From Candidatus Kaiserbacteria bacterium GW2011_GWA2_52_12 (lineage in GTDB: Bacteria > Patescibacteriota > Minisyncoccia > Phycocordibacterales > UBA2100), in assembly GCA_001004345.1 (NCBI GenBank), contig LCQW01000006.1:656-64655 (forward strand): a stretch of 64,000 nucleotides of DNA. The letters run 5' to 3'. The notes beneath the pieces are model-generated. The model was not told the DNA's origin. It did no database searches and worked only from the letters and a program-made list of their open reading frames with translations. Made by a program: the position numbers and the translations under genes. Shown piece after piece: positions 55,189 through 64,000 of the stretch (position 1 is its first letter; each line of letters opens with the position of its first letter).

Positions 55189-57065
55189 TATGAACGCATC
55201 TCCCCACCCGGACGCGCGAGCATCTCAAGCATGGCAGGTACGACTGAAGAAAGTGAATGCTCGCGCCGGACATACGCACGCACGCGTTCCCTCTCTTCCG
55301 TGCGATATTCATCGGAAAGAGAACGCGCAGCGTGCAGCGCTTTCATGATCGCGTCTTCCGTCGGTTCTTTTACAAAGAGCCGGTCGTCGACGACGCCGTG
55401 CATGTTCGCGTCTGACGTGACGACAATGTCGCCTGCAGCCATTGCCTCAAGAAGCGTTTTATTGAATCCCCGCAGGGTACCCACATGAATGAAGATGTCG
55501 TGCGTCCCGTACACGGAGGGTGTTTCAGCATGGGAGATGCCGCCCCGATACGCGAGCACTCCTTTCTCCTCCAATCCTCGGAATTGCGACCGCAGCTCGC
55601 TCGCATATGGCGCGTTCCCGGGTCCGGGGGCTCCAAAAACGTCCGTGTGCGGCGCATCTCCCATACGGGAGAGCGCTTTGAACACGCTACCCAGATGTTT
55701 GGCGGGTGAAATACGGCCGAGGAACAGTAGTGAACCGGGCTCCCGAATATGTTCCTCCGCATACATATCGGTATCAACGCCCATCGGAATTTTACGCGCA
55801 TGAGAAAAGCGCGCCGCGTAGGAGTCGGGATTGGAATAAAAGACGACATCGGACAGTGTGATTGCGAGCCGCGTACGCCAGCCACCGGCAGTGTCGTTGT
55901 ACCAGAAGCCCACGCGTTTTTTCAGCAGTCGCCATACAAAACCGGCGACAAGTAAATATTCCGGCGACAGATGCACGAGCACCGTATCGTAATCATGGCG
56001 ATTTCTCCACGCATGGCGTAACAATCGAACTGAATACACGACACGCTTCAGTAAGCGGGATCCCAGCGCCGATTCCTTGCCGAGTGAGTGCTCGATGACA
56101 TTGCCGGGCAACCGCCCGCCGCCGTAGCCGAGACATATGACGTGCACGCGATGTGCATGGCGCGCAAATTCTTCAAGCCATCGGTGGAAAAATCCGAGCA
56201 ACGGGTCGGTGCGGTCGATCGCTTCGGTGCACACAAGCACGCGCATCCGCCCTCGGACGGAGCTTAATTTTTCGATCTCGACTTTTTCATACGGGCCCTC
56301 GATAACACCAGTGCCATATACATCCGTAAGCAGGTCGAGGTCTTTGCCGGAAGAGCGCAGTAGTTCGATGTTCTTTTTCTCCATCGCATCAAATACGGCG
56401 ACACCCGACGAGTCTCCGAATTGTTTTTCATATTCGCGCCTTATGGCGGCGACGTCTTTGATAAAACAATGGCCGCCGGCCCCGCGACCGCTCTTGTGAA
56501 CGGGTCGCGCATAGCGATTGCACACCAAAGGATCGTTCTCTATCGCTCGCTGTACCGATTCCCAGTCGCAGCCTTTTTGCTTCGCCAACTCGTACATCAG
56601 GTTGAAAAAAACTATCTGCGTATACGCACTGCCATTGTGCGAGTATTTGATTATTTCAGCTTCGGTGCTGGAGCACGTATGCGAGAACGGCGCCGGAGGA
56701 AGAATGCCGTGAATTTCTGCGGCTTTCGCCTTTTGCTCTGCCGTGTCATAGGTCAGGCCCACAACGTTCATGAACGGATGCGACGCATCATGCGCCGCCG
56801 TCGCTTCGCTCAAAAATTCCGGAGAGTAGATGACTGTGCGATCAGGAAACTCTTCCTGGAATTTTCTCGTCGTACCCGGGACGATGGTCGATTTGATGAC
56901 CGCCGTCTTCCCCCTGCCGACGAGCGAGATCGCATCCTTCACGATATGCGCACTGAATCCCCCGAGTGTCGTCGGGGTCGGTACCGCGATGAACACATAG
57001 TCGCACTCTTGTATCTTGTCTTTATTCGCCCGATACGGCTCCTCGAGCGCATAGCGGTCGTGCAC
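55188..57065 (-). CDS. Fusion protein: N-terminally truncated UDP-glucose/GDP-mannose-6-dehydrogenase-like domain (lacking the GxGxxG Rossmann start) fused to a GT4 glycosyltransferase. GTG start.
   Basis: CDYVFIAVPTPT, SPEFLSEATAAHD and GGHCFIKD (catalytic Cys) from UGDH, then MRVLVCTEAIDRTDPLLGFFHRWLEEF...GT4. No ATG and no Rossmann beta1-alphaA region upstream; a stop codon in this frame lies 18 nt upstream. Confidence 0.55.
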   Translation of the reverse strand: MHDRYALEEPYRANKDKIQECDYVFIAVPTPTTLGGFSAHIVKDAISLVGRGKTAVIKSTIVPGTTRKFQEEFPDRTVIYSPEFLSEATAAHDASHPFMNVVGLTYDTAEQKAKAAEIHGILPPAPFSHTCSSTEAEIIKYSHNGSAYTQIVFFNLMYELAKQKGCDWESVQRAIENDPLVCNRYARPVHKSGRGAGGHCFIKDVAAIRREYEKQFGDSSGVAVFDAMEKKNIELLRSSGKDLDLLTDVYGTGVIEGPYEKVEIEKLSSVRGRMRVLVCTEAIDRTDPLLGFFHRWLEEFARHAHRVHVICLGYGGGRLPGNVIEHSLGKESALGSRLLKRVVYSVRLLRHAWRNRHDYDTVLVHLSPEYLLVAGFVWRLLKKRVGFWYNDTAGGWRTRLAITLSDVVFYSNPDSYAARFSHARKIPMGVDTDMYAEEHIREPGSLLFLGRISPAKHLGSVFKALSRMGDAPHTDVFGAPGPGNAPYASELRSQFRGLEEKGVLAYRGGISHAETPSVYGTHDIFIHVGTLRGFNKTLLEAMAAGDIVVTSDANMHGVVDDRLFVKEPTEDAIMKALHAARSLSDEYRTEERERVRAYVRREHSLSSVVPAMLEMLARPGGEMRS

Positions 57066-59251
57066 GCACGGATATCATCGCAGTATGCGCGCACGTATTC
57101 GTCAAAATTCTTGTACGGATAGCTTTTGAGATGGCCCTCCCATGGTCCATGTTTGAACCACTCCGCGAGCGCATCCCCGAATTTATCCGGCGACGTAACG
57201 ATAGCCCCCGCCTCGCGCGCGATGCCCACGTCAGTCGAAAGCACGGGTGTTCCAGCGGCAAGCGCCTCCACGATGACGAGTCCATACCCTTCGTATTTCG
57301 ATGGGACGAGGACAAGATCCGCGCTCTTAAAATATCTCTCAGGATCGACCGCGCCGACACGGAAGATCCGCGAGTCGCCACGAACGGCTGGGTCGGTCTC
57401 GCCGACGATAATAAGACACGAGTTTGGCGGAGCAACGCGCTTGAATGCTTCAGTGGCGAGATGAATGTTTTTTTCTGCTCCGACACGGGATACAACAAGC
57501 AGCTTGTACTCGAATTTTTCTATTCCTTCTGGCCACTCGTGCAACCTCTCCGCGTTCTTGAATTTTTCTATATCAACGAAAATCGGCAGTACCGTGATCG
57601 GAATTTCAAGGCGAAACCTTGACATGAAACTGCTACGGATTCGGTCGGAGACGACGCGGGTCCTTGTGGCTCTCTTCAAGACGAATCCGGCAAGCCACAC
57701 GCGCGCGCGATTTACCAGCGAAAGCCGCGCATATTCAGGAGAGAGGAAATCGGTATGTACCTGCACATGCAGCGGCACGCCTTTCATCCGTGCGATGAGC
57801 CAACCGGCAAATCCCGCTTCGAACGGATCCTGTACAGACACGACATCCGGTTTTGGAATGTCGCGGGCGATCTCGAGCGCATCGAGCCCGTAGAAAAGCG
57901 GCAATATTGAATTCGTCGGATACACCTGCACATGAGGAGATGCCGCGAACGGCGTTCTTCCATCTGACGTGCGAGAAAAACCGATGATGTCGAGGCGACC
58001 GAATGTTGCGCCGTACGCTTTTTGTCGTAGCATGGCCGCAGAGTCCGGATATAAAATGCCGCGCTTCGAACGATCCGCTCCGATCTGCAGCACTCGCACT
58101 TCGGATTCAGTTTTCCCGACCACAGAAGCAAATATGGCGCGGTGCTCATCCACTACCTCGCTCCAATCGTGCCGAAATGTGATGGCCTTGAATCGAGCAA
58201 CAAAATCACCGTAGGTGCGTTCATTAGCGAGTATTTTCAGTTTCGATGCGATATCATCAATCGAATCGGGATCTATCATTTCCGGCAACTGATCGCGTAT
58301 CTTCAGATAATTTTCTTTCGTAACAAGGCCCGGCAATCCGATGGCGAGCGCTTCGTGGACCTGGTTCGGGGAGATATCGGTCCAGCTCGGAAGCACGAAG
58401 GCACGCGCGTCTTTAATGCGTGCAAAGACTTCATGCGGACGCATCACTGGTTCCATTTTGACGCGCCTTTCAAGACGGAGTTCTTGGATCGTCTCAAGGA
58501 TTTTTGCCGCTTGCGGACCGGATCCGATGAGAACGAGCGCATACGGGTCCGGCAACTTGGCGCGCGCGAATGCGCGCACGAGCGTCGTCACGTTTTTCAT
58601 GACATTAAATCGTCCCCAGTACACGAATTCATGATTCGGTCGTCCGCGTCTGATCGCGGCGAGTTCGGTGCGTGGTACGGGATTATAGCTGACCGATACG
58701 GAACGTGCCGACAAATGATACGGCCGCAGGTAGAGTTCTTTTTGCACATCGGAATTAAAGATGACATGTCGCGCACCCGAAAGAACAAACCGAATGATGC
58801 GGTACAAAAGATAGTAAGTGCCGTGCGTGTACATGCGGCGCGTATAGAATTCGGCGAGTGTAATGGGACGTGCGCCGGATTCGAGATACCATTGTTCCCA
58901 CAGATAGTCCCCGCCGATGCGCACAACATATGGTTTTCCCAGAAATTTTGCGGCGAGCGCGACGGGAAGCCCGACCGCGAATACATCGAGTGTGTAGATC
59001 AGGTCACGGTCACCCGCATGCCGAAGCATCGCAAGGAAAAATCGTATACGGTTGAATATCTTTCCGCCACGTTTGATGCGGACAAGCTTGAACGGATACG
59101 AAGTATCGAAATCATACGCAGCGCGCGTAGAGTAGGTGAGCACGGTGACATCCCATCCCTTTTCGGTCAGCAACCGAGCCAATTTTTGGGCAAACGTGGC
59201 CGGCCCCCCCGCCTCCGGCTCGAAAATACCCGTCGCAATAAGAATGCGCAT
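56939..59251 (-). CDS. Tandem double GT4 glycosyltransferase. The last roughly 40 codons are probably non-native read-through into the UGDH region.
   Basis: Two complete GT-B/GT4 units. The first starts MRILIATGIFEPEAGGPATF; the second contains KLLVVSRVGAEKN...YEGYGLVIVEALAAGTPVLSTDVGIA. The ORF then continues as an Arg/Ser-rich tail overlapping the next gene by 127 nt. Confidence 0.65.
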   Translation of the reverse strand: MRILIATGIFEPEAGGPATFAQKLARLLTEKGWDVTVLTYSTRAAYDFDTSYPFKLVRIKRGGKIFNRIRFFLAMLRHAGDRDLIYTLDVFAVGLPVALAAKFLGKPYVVRIGGDYLWEQWYLESGARPITLAEFYTRRMYTHGTYYLLYRIIRFVLSGARHVIFNSDVQKELYLRPYHLSARSVSVSYNPVPRTELAAIRRGRPNHEFVYWGRFNVMKNVTTLVRAFARAKLPDPYALVLIGSGPQAAKILETIQELRLERRVKMEPVMRPHEVFARIKDARAFVLPSWTDISPNQVHEALAIGLPGLVTKENYLKIRDQLPEMIDPDSIDDIASKLKILANERTYGDFVARFKAITFRHDWSEVVDEHRAIFASVVGKTESEVRVLQIGADRSKRGILYPDSAAMLRQKAYGATFGRLDIIGFSRTSDGRTPFAASPHVQVYPTNSILPLFYGLDALEIARDIPKPDVVSVQDPFEAGFAGWLIARMKGVPLHVQVHTDFLSPEYARLSLVNRARVWLAGFVLKRATRTRVVSDRIRSSFMSRFRLEIPITVLPIFVDIEKFKNAERLHEWPEGIEKFEYKLLVVSRVGAEKNIHLATEAFKRVAPPNSCLIIVGETDPAVRGDSRIFRVGAVDPERYFKSADLVLVPSKYEGYGLVIVEALAAGTPVLSTDVGIAREAGAIVTSPDKFGDALAEWFKHGPWEGHLKSYPYKNFDEYVRAYCDDIRACTTAMRSRSRIGRIKTRYKSATMCSSRYRPRRHSGDSVRIS

Positions 59252-59387
59252 ACAGCTACTCTATAGCAAACACCGCCCGCACGCACGCTGACACTGCGAA
59301 TTGTCCGCGAGCCAACCACACCCAAGTCCTGCGGAGTAATGTGTGTGATTTTCCCTATGCCCATAGCTCCCATTTTTCATTCTAATA

Positions 59388-59448
59388 TTTTGCAAAACGT
59401 TTGTTTAGAAACACAGTCGTTATTTCTTATTGCAGTGTTTTGCAAAAC
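59388..59448. promoter_or_regulatory. Two copies of the palindrome TTTTGCAAAA (59388-59397) and GTTTTGCAAAAC (59437-59448), 50 bp apart, upstream of the double-GT4 operon
   Basis: Seen directly in the 209-bp AT-rich intergenic region; candidate operator pair. Confidence 0.45.
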
Positions 59449-59460
59449 ATTATAACAAGA

Positions 59461-60966
59461 TCATGACCATACGCCGCAACATTTCTTAAATTTCTTATCC
59501 GATCCGCATATGCATGGATCATTCCTGCCTGGTTTAACGACTACACCGTCTTTGGTACGGAATATTGTTGGCGTGGTTTTCGTCGCATATTTTAACGATA
59601 TACTACACTTTGTGAGAAAGTCCTCGTAGCGCCTAAAGACGGAGCGCCGATAGCGACGCACACCATCAGCGTCCGCAGTGCAGAGTAGAAGTTTTGAAAA
59701 CCTTGCATCCTTTTTCGATAGACCGGAAAAATCTTCATATGGGTCGAGGAGTCTTTGTTTTTGCCGTATGCCGAAGTCGTATGATGGATTGAGACGCAGG
59801 CACGCGCGCGTAAGCTCGCGTCCGAGCGGATCAGCCCCTTCAGACTTCATGAGGAGGCACGCCGAGGCGTTGGCGTATATACGAAAAGCGGTAATGATGG
59901 GGACTTTATCGTCAAGTAATCGCCTAATCAGTGCTTCGAACGCTTTATACGATTGAGTATTTTCATTCTTTTTCATCAGCGCATGCGCGGCACGTATATC
60001 ATCCGTATAATCGCTATAGTGAAAAAGATCGAGGTCAAAATGTTTATCATTCGGACCTTGCGCCGCCGATGCCTCAAGCGGCGTCTTCCCTTTCAATTGC
60101 CGTCTCGGCAAGTTGTTGAGATACACGTTCAGTGTCGAAAGCACCACGTCGCGCTTCTGCTCTGATAGTTCTTCCGGTAACAAAAAGAATATTGCTTTCA
60201 TCGGAAAGCCAAGTGCAAATGTGCGCTCATTGGATGTCCATATTTTAACGGTGTCGCTCGAAAGCATATCCTGCATACCCGACGCTTTGAGCGCATTATC
60301 AAAAAGGTGCGCGGCTTCTTCTACAGGGACAACTCTTTGATCGCCGATCAATTGCGGTTTTTTCTCTTCAGTGACACCTCTCTGGTATGCCCACTTGGCA
60401 GCTTCACGCGCATCGACAATATCTCTCCCCCTGTTCGTCATCACTGCTTTCATGTTTTTACTGAAGGTTATCGGTGCGGAAAACATTGTACTGCTCGTCA
60501 TCTGATAGACACCACGCACCGATGCAATGCGACACCACACCGTATCGCCCTTTTTGAGCGACATGCTCGCGTTTACGTCTGCCACGTCGTACGCGACCCC
60601 GCCGTCTTTGAGCACAACGCCCTCGCCAGGTCTGACGGCAGCTATATCAAAAAAGTTCGCTCTGAAATACAAAAGGTCACGATAGGCTGCCATTTCACTC
60701 TCGGGCAGTTTCAGTGGGTTATGCTCGATAAAATACTCAAGACCAGTCTTGCCAGCAAAAATCCGTGATTTCTTGTCGAAGATCGTCCACTCCGTAAAAA
60801 GTCCCTCGAGTTTATGTGGGTCGCCGCCTTCATCAGTAAGTGACCGAATATCAAAAGCATCAAGCGCCGCTTCCATCTCTCGCGGATGCTCATACAGTCG
60901 CCGAGACACCCACTCTGCAAGAGTTCCTATAAAACCGGGACGAAGCATGGCGCATTTGTACCACAC
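59461..60966 (-). CDS. Hypothetical protein with a C-terminal SEC-C (SecA-type) zinc-binding motif
   Basis: C-terminal RNDPCICGSDKKFKKCCG. Confidence 0.5.
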   Translation of the reverse strand: MWYKCAMLRPGFIGTLAEWVSRRLYEHPREMEAALDAFDIRSLTDEGGDPHKLEGLFTEWTIFDKKSRIFAGKTGLEYFIEHNPLKLPESEMAAYRDLLYFRANFFDIAAVRPGEGVVLKDGGVAYDVADVNASMSLKKGDTVWCRIASVRGVYQMTSSTMFSAPITFSKNMKAVMTNRGRDIVDAREAAKWAYQRGVTEEKKPQLIGDQRVVPVEEAAHLFDNALKASGMQDMLSSDTVKIWTSNERTFALGFPMKAIFFLLPEELSEQKRDVVLSTLNVYLNNLPRRQLKGKTPLEASAAQGPNDKHFDLDLFHYSDYTDDIRAAHALMKKNENTQSYKAFEALIRRLLDDKVPIITAFRIYANASACLLMKSEGADPLGRELTRACLRLNPSYDFGIRQKQRLLDPYEDFSGLSKKDARFSKLLLCTADADGVRRYRRSVFRRYEDFLTKCSISLKYATKTTPTIFRTKDGVVVKPGRNDPCICGSDKKFKKCCGVWS

Positions 60967-61035
60967 GAATAAGAACTCGAATAGGTCTGACCTTGATCTC
61001 TATAAAAATGTCTGGGCTCACGCGCCATTAGATCT

Positions 61036-61539
61036 TCAATGCTGAGAATTTTTGAGCTTTTCGGCAAGCTCTTTCAGCTTTACGATGTCGGCCAAAGGAC
61101 CGCCCGCGGAAGAAATCCACCCTTCGTATGTATCGAACCAATGCTCCTGTCCAGAAAGGTATTGCTTCCACTCGCCGCGCTTCATATGATCCGTGCCATG
61201 CATGGGAATAAGTTTTATGTGAGCATGGTCGATACCAGTACCCTCCATAATGAGACCGACCCTGCCGACATCGGAATAGTAATTCTCAAGAACTTCTGAA
61301 ACTTTCTTTGCGGCCATAACGAACCGCTGTAATACATCATCGGGCATTTTAAGGACATCGCTTTCATGGTGTTTTCTCGGAACGACACACGTGAAGCCCT
61401 CGGTGTTTGGATCAATAGCAAGGAAGGCCATGAACTCAGAATCCTCCCAGAAACAAGCGGAGGGGATGCGGCCGGCAACAATCTCGCAAAACACGCACTT
61501 ACTGTCGGTTGTTTTTGCTTCGTAGGTTCCCATAAACAA
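61036..61539 (-). CDS. HIT-family (histidine triad) nucleotide hydrolase/transferase
   Basis: CVFCEI N-terminus and GIDHAHIKLIP histidine-triad motif. Confidence 0.7.
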   Translation of the reverse strand: MFMGTYEAKTTDSKCVFCEIVAGRIPSACFWEDSEFMAFLAIDPNTEGFTCVVPRKHHESDVLKMPDDVLQRFVMAAKKVSEVLENYYSDVGRVGLIMEGTGIDHAHIKLIPMHGTDHMKRGEWKQYLSGQEHWFDTYEGWISSAGGPLADIVKLKELAEKLKNSQH

Positions 61540-61556
61540 AGTTTAGCTCGATTATT

Positions 61557-62786
61557 TTATTTAAGAAGTGGGTTGAAAATATTTTCATGCATGTCCCGAG
61601 TAATCGTGTTCCAGTCATATTTCTCTTCGACAAGGACCTTGGCATTTTTTACAACCATCGCGACGAGCGCCGGATCGTCAAGGTACCGCTTCACGGCGCG
61701 CGCCACCGATTCGGGATCGCGCGGGTTGCAAAACACACCCGTCGGACCTTTGTCAGGATTTTTCTCGGGATCAAAAAGAAAATCAGGAATTCCACCGACA
61801 GGGGTGGCGACGACGGGAATACCAGCGGCAAACGCCTCAATAAACGCACTCCCCATTCCTTCGATAATGGAAGGACGCACAAAAATGTCGGAAATTTTCA
61901 GAAATGCGGGCAGATCATCATGGCTCACGTGCGCCGCGAATATCACACGGCTCTCGACTCCCGTTTCTTTGGCGATCTGTTCCAATTTTTCTCGATCGTC
62001 TCCTTCTCCCGCTATCAAAAACTTCACTTCGAGCGGAAGGTGCTTCAGCGCGCGTATCACATCTTCAACGCCGCGCGAAAGCACGAGCCGCGAGGCCGTA
62101 AAAAGAAAAATGTCACCTATTCGTTTTCCGTAGCGCGCTTTGAGCTCTAGCAACCGATTTTCCGGAATGAGAGCAGAAAATTTCAGTACATCGACGCCAT
62201 TCGGGATGACTTCGATCCTTCCGTGGTAGCCGATCTCGCGCGCGAGCCGCTCGATAAAAATGGAAATGGCTTTGATGGCATCGGCCTTCGTATATACGCG
62301 GATGTAGAGCGGCCAGAGGAACCGCACCACCGGCTGACGTAGTTTAATTTGTTCGAGCGAATTGCCGTCCTGCAGTTCGAGAAGGTACGGAATGCGCGGA
62401 TGCGTGAGCTTGAAGAGAAGCGCCCCGAACCCCGCCTGATTCGCCATGAGTGCCCATATCATGTCGTACGGATGATGATAGTGGAGCGAAAGTGCTTTGA
62501 AGAATGACGTGACCGGAAACAGGACTTTGGCGACTTTGAGATAGAACGGGAGCGAGCGATCCGATATGCGCGGCGAATCCTCGATAAATCCGATGCGGTG
62601 GATGGTCACGTTGCCGATGCGCTCGACTTTCGGCAAATTGCGGTCGAATCGGAGCGTGATCATATCGAACAGATATTCACCCCTGTACTCGGCAAACCCG
62701 AGCCGTGTCGTGGTCTCTTTGATAGCGATCTCCGCCCCACCGACGTACGGCGTGTATGCGAGCGAAAAAATAAGTATCCGTTTCAT
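61557..62786 (-). CDS. Glycosyltransferase family 4
   Basis: EGMGSAFIEAFAAGIPVVATPVGGIPD motif. Length 409 aa. Confidence 0.8.
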   Translation of the reverse strand: MKRILIFSLAYTPYVGGAEIAIKETTTRLGFAEYRGEYLFDMITLRFDRNLPKVERIGNVTIHRIGFIEDSPRISDRSLPFYLKVAKVLFPVTSFFKALSLHYHHPYDMIWALMANQAGFGALLFKLTHPRIPYLLELQDGNSLEQIKLRQPVVRFLWPLYIRVYTKADAIKAISIFIERLAREIGYHGRIEVIPNGVDVLKFSALIPENRLLELKARYGKRIGDIFLFTASRLVLSRGVEDVIRALKHLPLEVKFLIAGEGDDREKLEQIAKETGVESRVIFAAHVSHDDLPAFLKISDIFVRPSIIEGMGSAFIEAFAAGIPVVATPVGGIPDFLFDPEKNPDKGPTGVFCNPRDPESVARAVKRYLDDPALVAMVVKNAKVLVEEKYDWNTITRDMHENIFNPLLK

Positions 62787-63649
62787 TTCTTTTGCTTTTT
62801 GAGCGACTCGATGTAGTCGCGCACGGTGTGCTCCGGCTTCCAGCCGAATTCTTTTTCCATGCGTGTCGTATCGACAACAGAGTCCAGACGATTGCCCGGG
62901 CGCTCCGGTAGCATCACGATAGTATCGGTGAACATTTTTGCGATTTCAAGAATGGAATACGATTCCGGCGAACCGATACCATACTCGTCTCCCTGCCCTT
63001 TTTCGCCGACCGAAAGGAGCGCACGGGCAGTATCGCCAACGTAGGTAAAATTACGCTTCTGCGTGCCGGGAGAGACGACCGTGATCAGCTCACCCTTCCA
63101 ATACTGCTCTTTGAAACGCCCCATGACCGATGCGTATGGTCCGGTCGAAAGTTCACGCGGCCCATAGTTGTTGTAAAAATAGGTGATCGCGTACGGCAGA
63201 CCGAACCATGCGCCGTAATTGGCAACGAGTTCCGTATTCGTCGCTTTCATCCACGCATACGGACTCTGGTGACGACCTTGTCCTCCTGCAGAAAACTTTG
63301 TTGACGAACCGGCATACAGCAATCGGCATTTTCTTTTACGCCAGTATTCAAGCACATGGAATGTTCCCGACACGTTCAAGTCCCACACGAACGCGATATC
63401 GTCGAAGCTCTGTTCGACGCGCGAGTATTCACCCAAGTGAAAAATAATAACGGGGTTTTCTTTACCGAGCAATTGTTCAATGTCTTTCGTGTGTCCTTCC
63501 ACATACTCCGCGCCTTCGACGTGATTCTCCTTTTTGCCGATGAAGTAATTATCGAGTGACACGACGCGATATTTTGGCACCAGCAATTCAATAAGGCTCG
63601 AGCCTATCAATCCCGCCCCGCCCGTCACAATGACCGTCTGCTTTTCCAT
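62783..63649 (-). CDS. NAD-dependent epimerase/dehydratase (extended SDR)
   Basis: VTGGAGLIGSSL Rossmann motif. Length 288 aa. Confidence 0.7.
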   Translation of the reverse strand: MEKQTVIVTGGAGLIGSSLIELLVPKYRVVSLDNYFIGKKENHVEGAEYVEGHTKDIEQLLGKENPVIIFHLGEYSRVEQSFDDIAFVWDLNVSGTFHVLEYWRKRKCRLLYAGSSTKFSAGGQGRHQSPYAWMKATNTELVANYGAWFGLPYAITYFYNNYGPRELSTGPYASVMGRFKEQYWKGELITVVSPGTQKRNFTYVGDTARALLSVGEKGQGDEYGIGSPESYSILEIAKMFTDTIVMLPERPGNRLDSVVDTTRMEKEFGWKPEHTVRDYIESLKKQKK

Positions 63650-63674
63650 TTCTTAACATTACACCAATAGCGCC

Positions 63675-63950
63675 CTATTCTTCAACAATGTCCCACTCAT
63701 CCTTTGCATATTTGCGAGCGACGAAGATGGCGGCGGCGGTCGCGAGTGCGAGTGCGCCCGCGGCAAGCCACCATTGATATGGGGATGAGGACTCGGTTGT
63801 TGCCGCAATCTGCAAAAAATCTGCCGGCTCCGTTGCCGTGTCCGTTTCCACAACAGGTAATTTCGCGCCAGATTTTGTCGCAGCTTTCGTTTTGCTCGCG
63901 ACCGGAGCTGGCTGCGCTTTAGGTTTTGGGGCGATCGCACTATCCGCCAT
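63675..63950 (-). CDS. Small Pro/Ala/Thr-rich protein with a C-terminal transmembrane anchor
   Basis: ORF with a low-complexity N-terminus and a hydrophobic WWLAAGALALATAAAIFVA segment. It may extend beyond the window edge. Confidence 0.25.
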   Translation of the reverse strand: MADSAIAPKPKAQPAPVASKTKAATKSGAKLPVVETDTATEPADFLQIAATTESSSPYQWWLAAGALALATAAAIFVARKYAKDEWDIVEE

Positions 63951-64000
63951 CGCCGCGCCCGGTGATGGTTTTCGCGCGATAAATGCACCCGCATCATTCG

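Noticed and set aside
1-64000. CRISPR arrays, tRNA and rRNA genes, transposases and integrases
   Set aside because: No regularly spaced short repeats, no cloverleaf-like GC-rich 75-90-nt segments in intergenic regions, and no transposase or integrase-like ORFs were seen. The only mobile-like signal is the TA cassette with its flanking duplication.

Overview
This 64-kb window is almost entirely a large cell-surface glycan (capsule, O-antigen or S-layer-glycan type) biosynthesis locus, mostly on the minus strand. Genes are tightly packed; many junctions are 4-nt ATGA overlaps or 1-nt TAATG overlaps, and Shine-Dalgarno motifs are mostly weak or absent. The modules I can support from sequence are: (1) an ulosonic-acid-like module at 514-5898: cytidylyltransferase, GNAT, xylose-isomerase-like TIM barrel, NeuB-like synthase lacking the SAF domain, SDR, and a KpsC/KpsS-like capsule transferase. 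(2) An ACP-dependent acyl/aminoacyl side-chain module at 7312-18765: two AAC(3)-family N-acyltransferases, two carrier proteins, holo-ACP synthase, AMP-dependent ligase, an FkbH-like glyceryl-ACP loader with the DLDNTLWGG signature, SDR ketoreductase, MaoC dehydratase, class-I aminotransferase, M29-like and DUF4910-like peptidase-fold proteins, and an ABC exporter. (3) A GDP-6-deoxyhexosamine branch at 19868-29348: GDP-mannose 4,6-dehydratase, a TylCIII-type C-methyltransferase, two tandem degenerate Gmm-like Nudix paralogs, a NodU/CmcH-type carbamoyltransferase, and a DegT-family sugar aminotransferase. (4) Many GT4, GtrB/DPM1-like GT2 and GT-C (PMT_2-type) membrane glycosyltransferases, an OafA+SGNH O-acyltransferase, and several NAD-dependent epimerases/dehydratases. 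Embedded non-glycan elements are an AT-rich AbiEi/AbiEii toxin-antitoxin cassette (25478-26756) flanked by a roughly 175-bp direct duplication of the host intergenic region, and a large MoxR-type AAA+ ATPase plus vWA/transglutaminase pair (35420-40895). The latter pair is the most plausible novel conflict or assembly system in the window. I also report a frameshifted GT2 gene (30826-31427), a probable deletion/fusion scar truncating a UDP-glucose-dehydrogenase domain (about 56939-57065), several perfect palindromes in intergenic regions, one canonical intrinsic terminator, and a few sigma70-like promoters. No rRNA, tRNA or CRISPR array was recognised.
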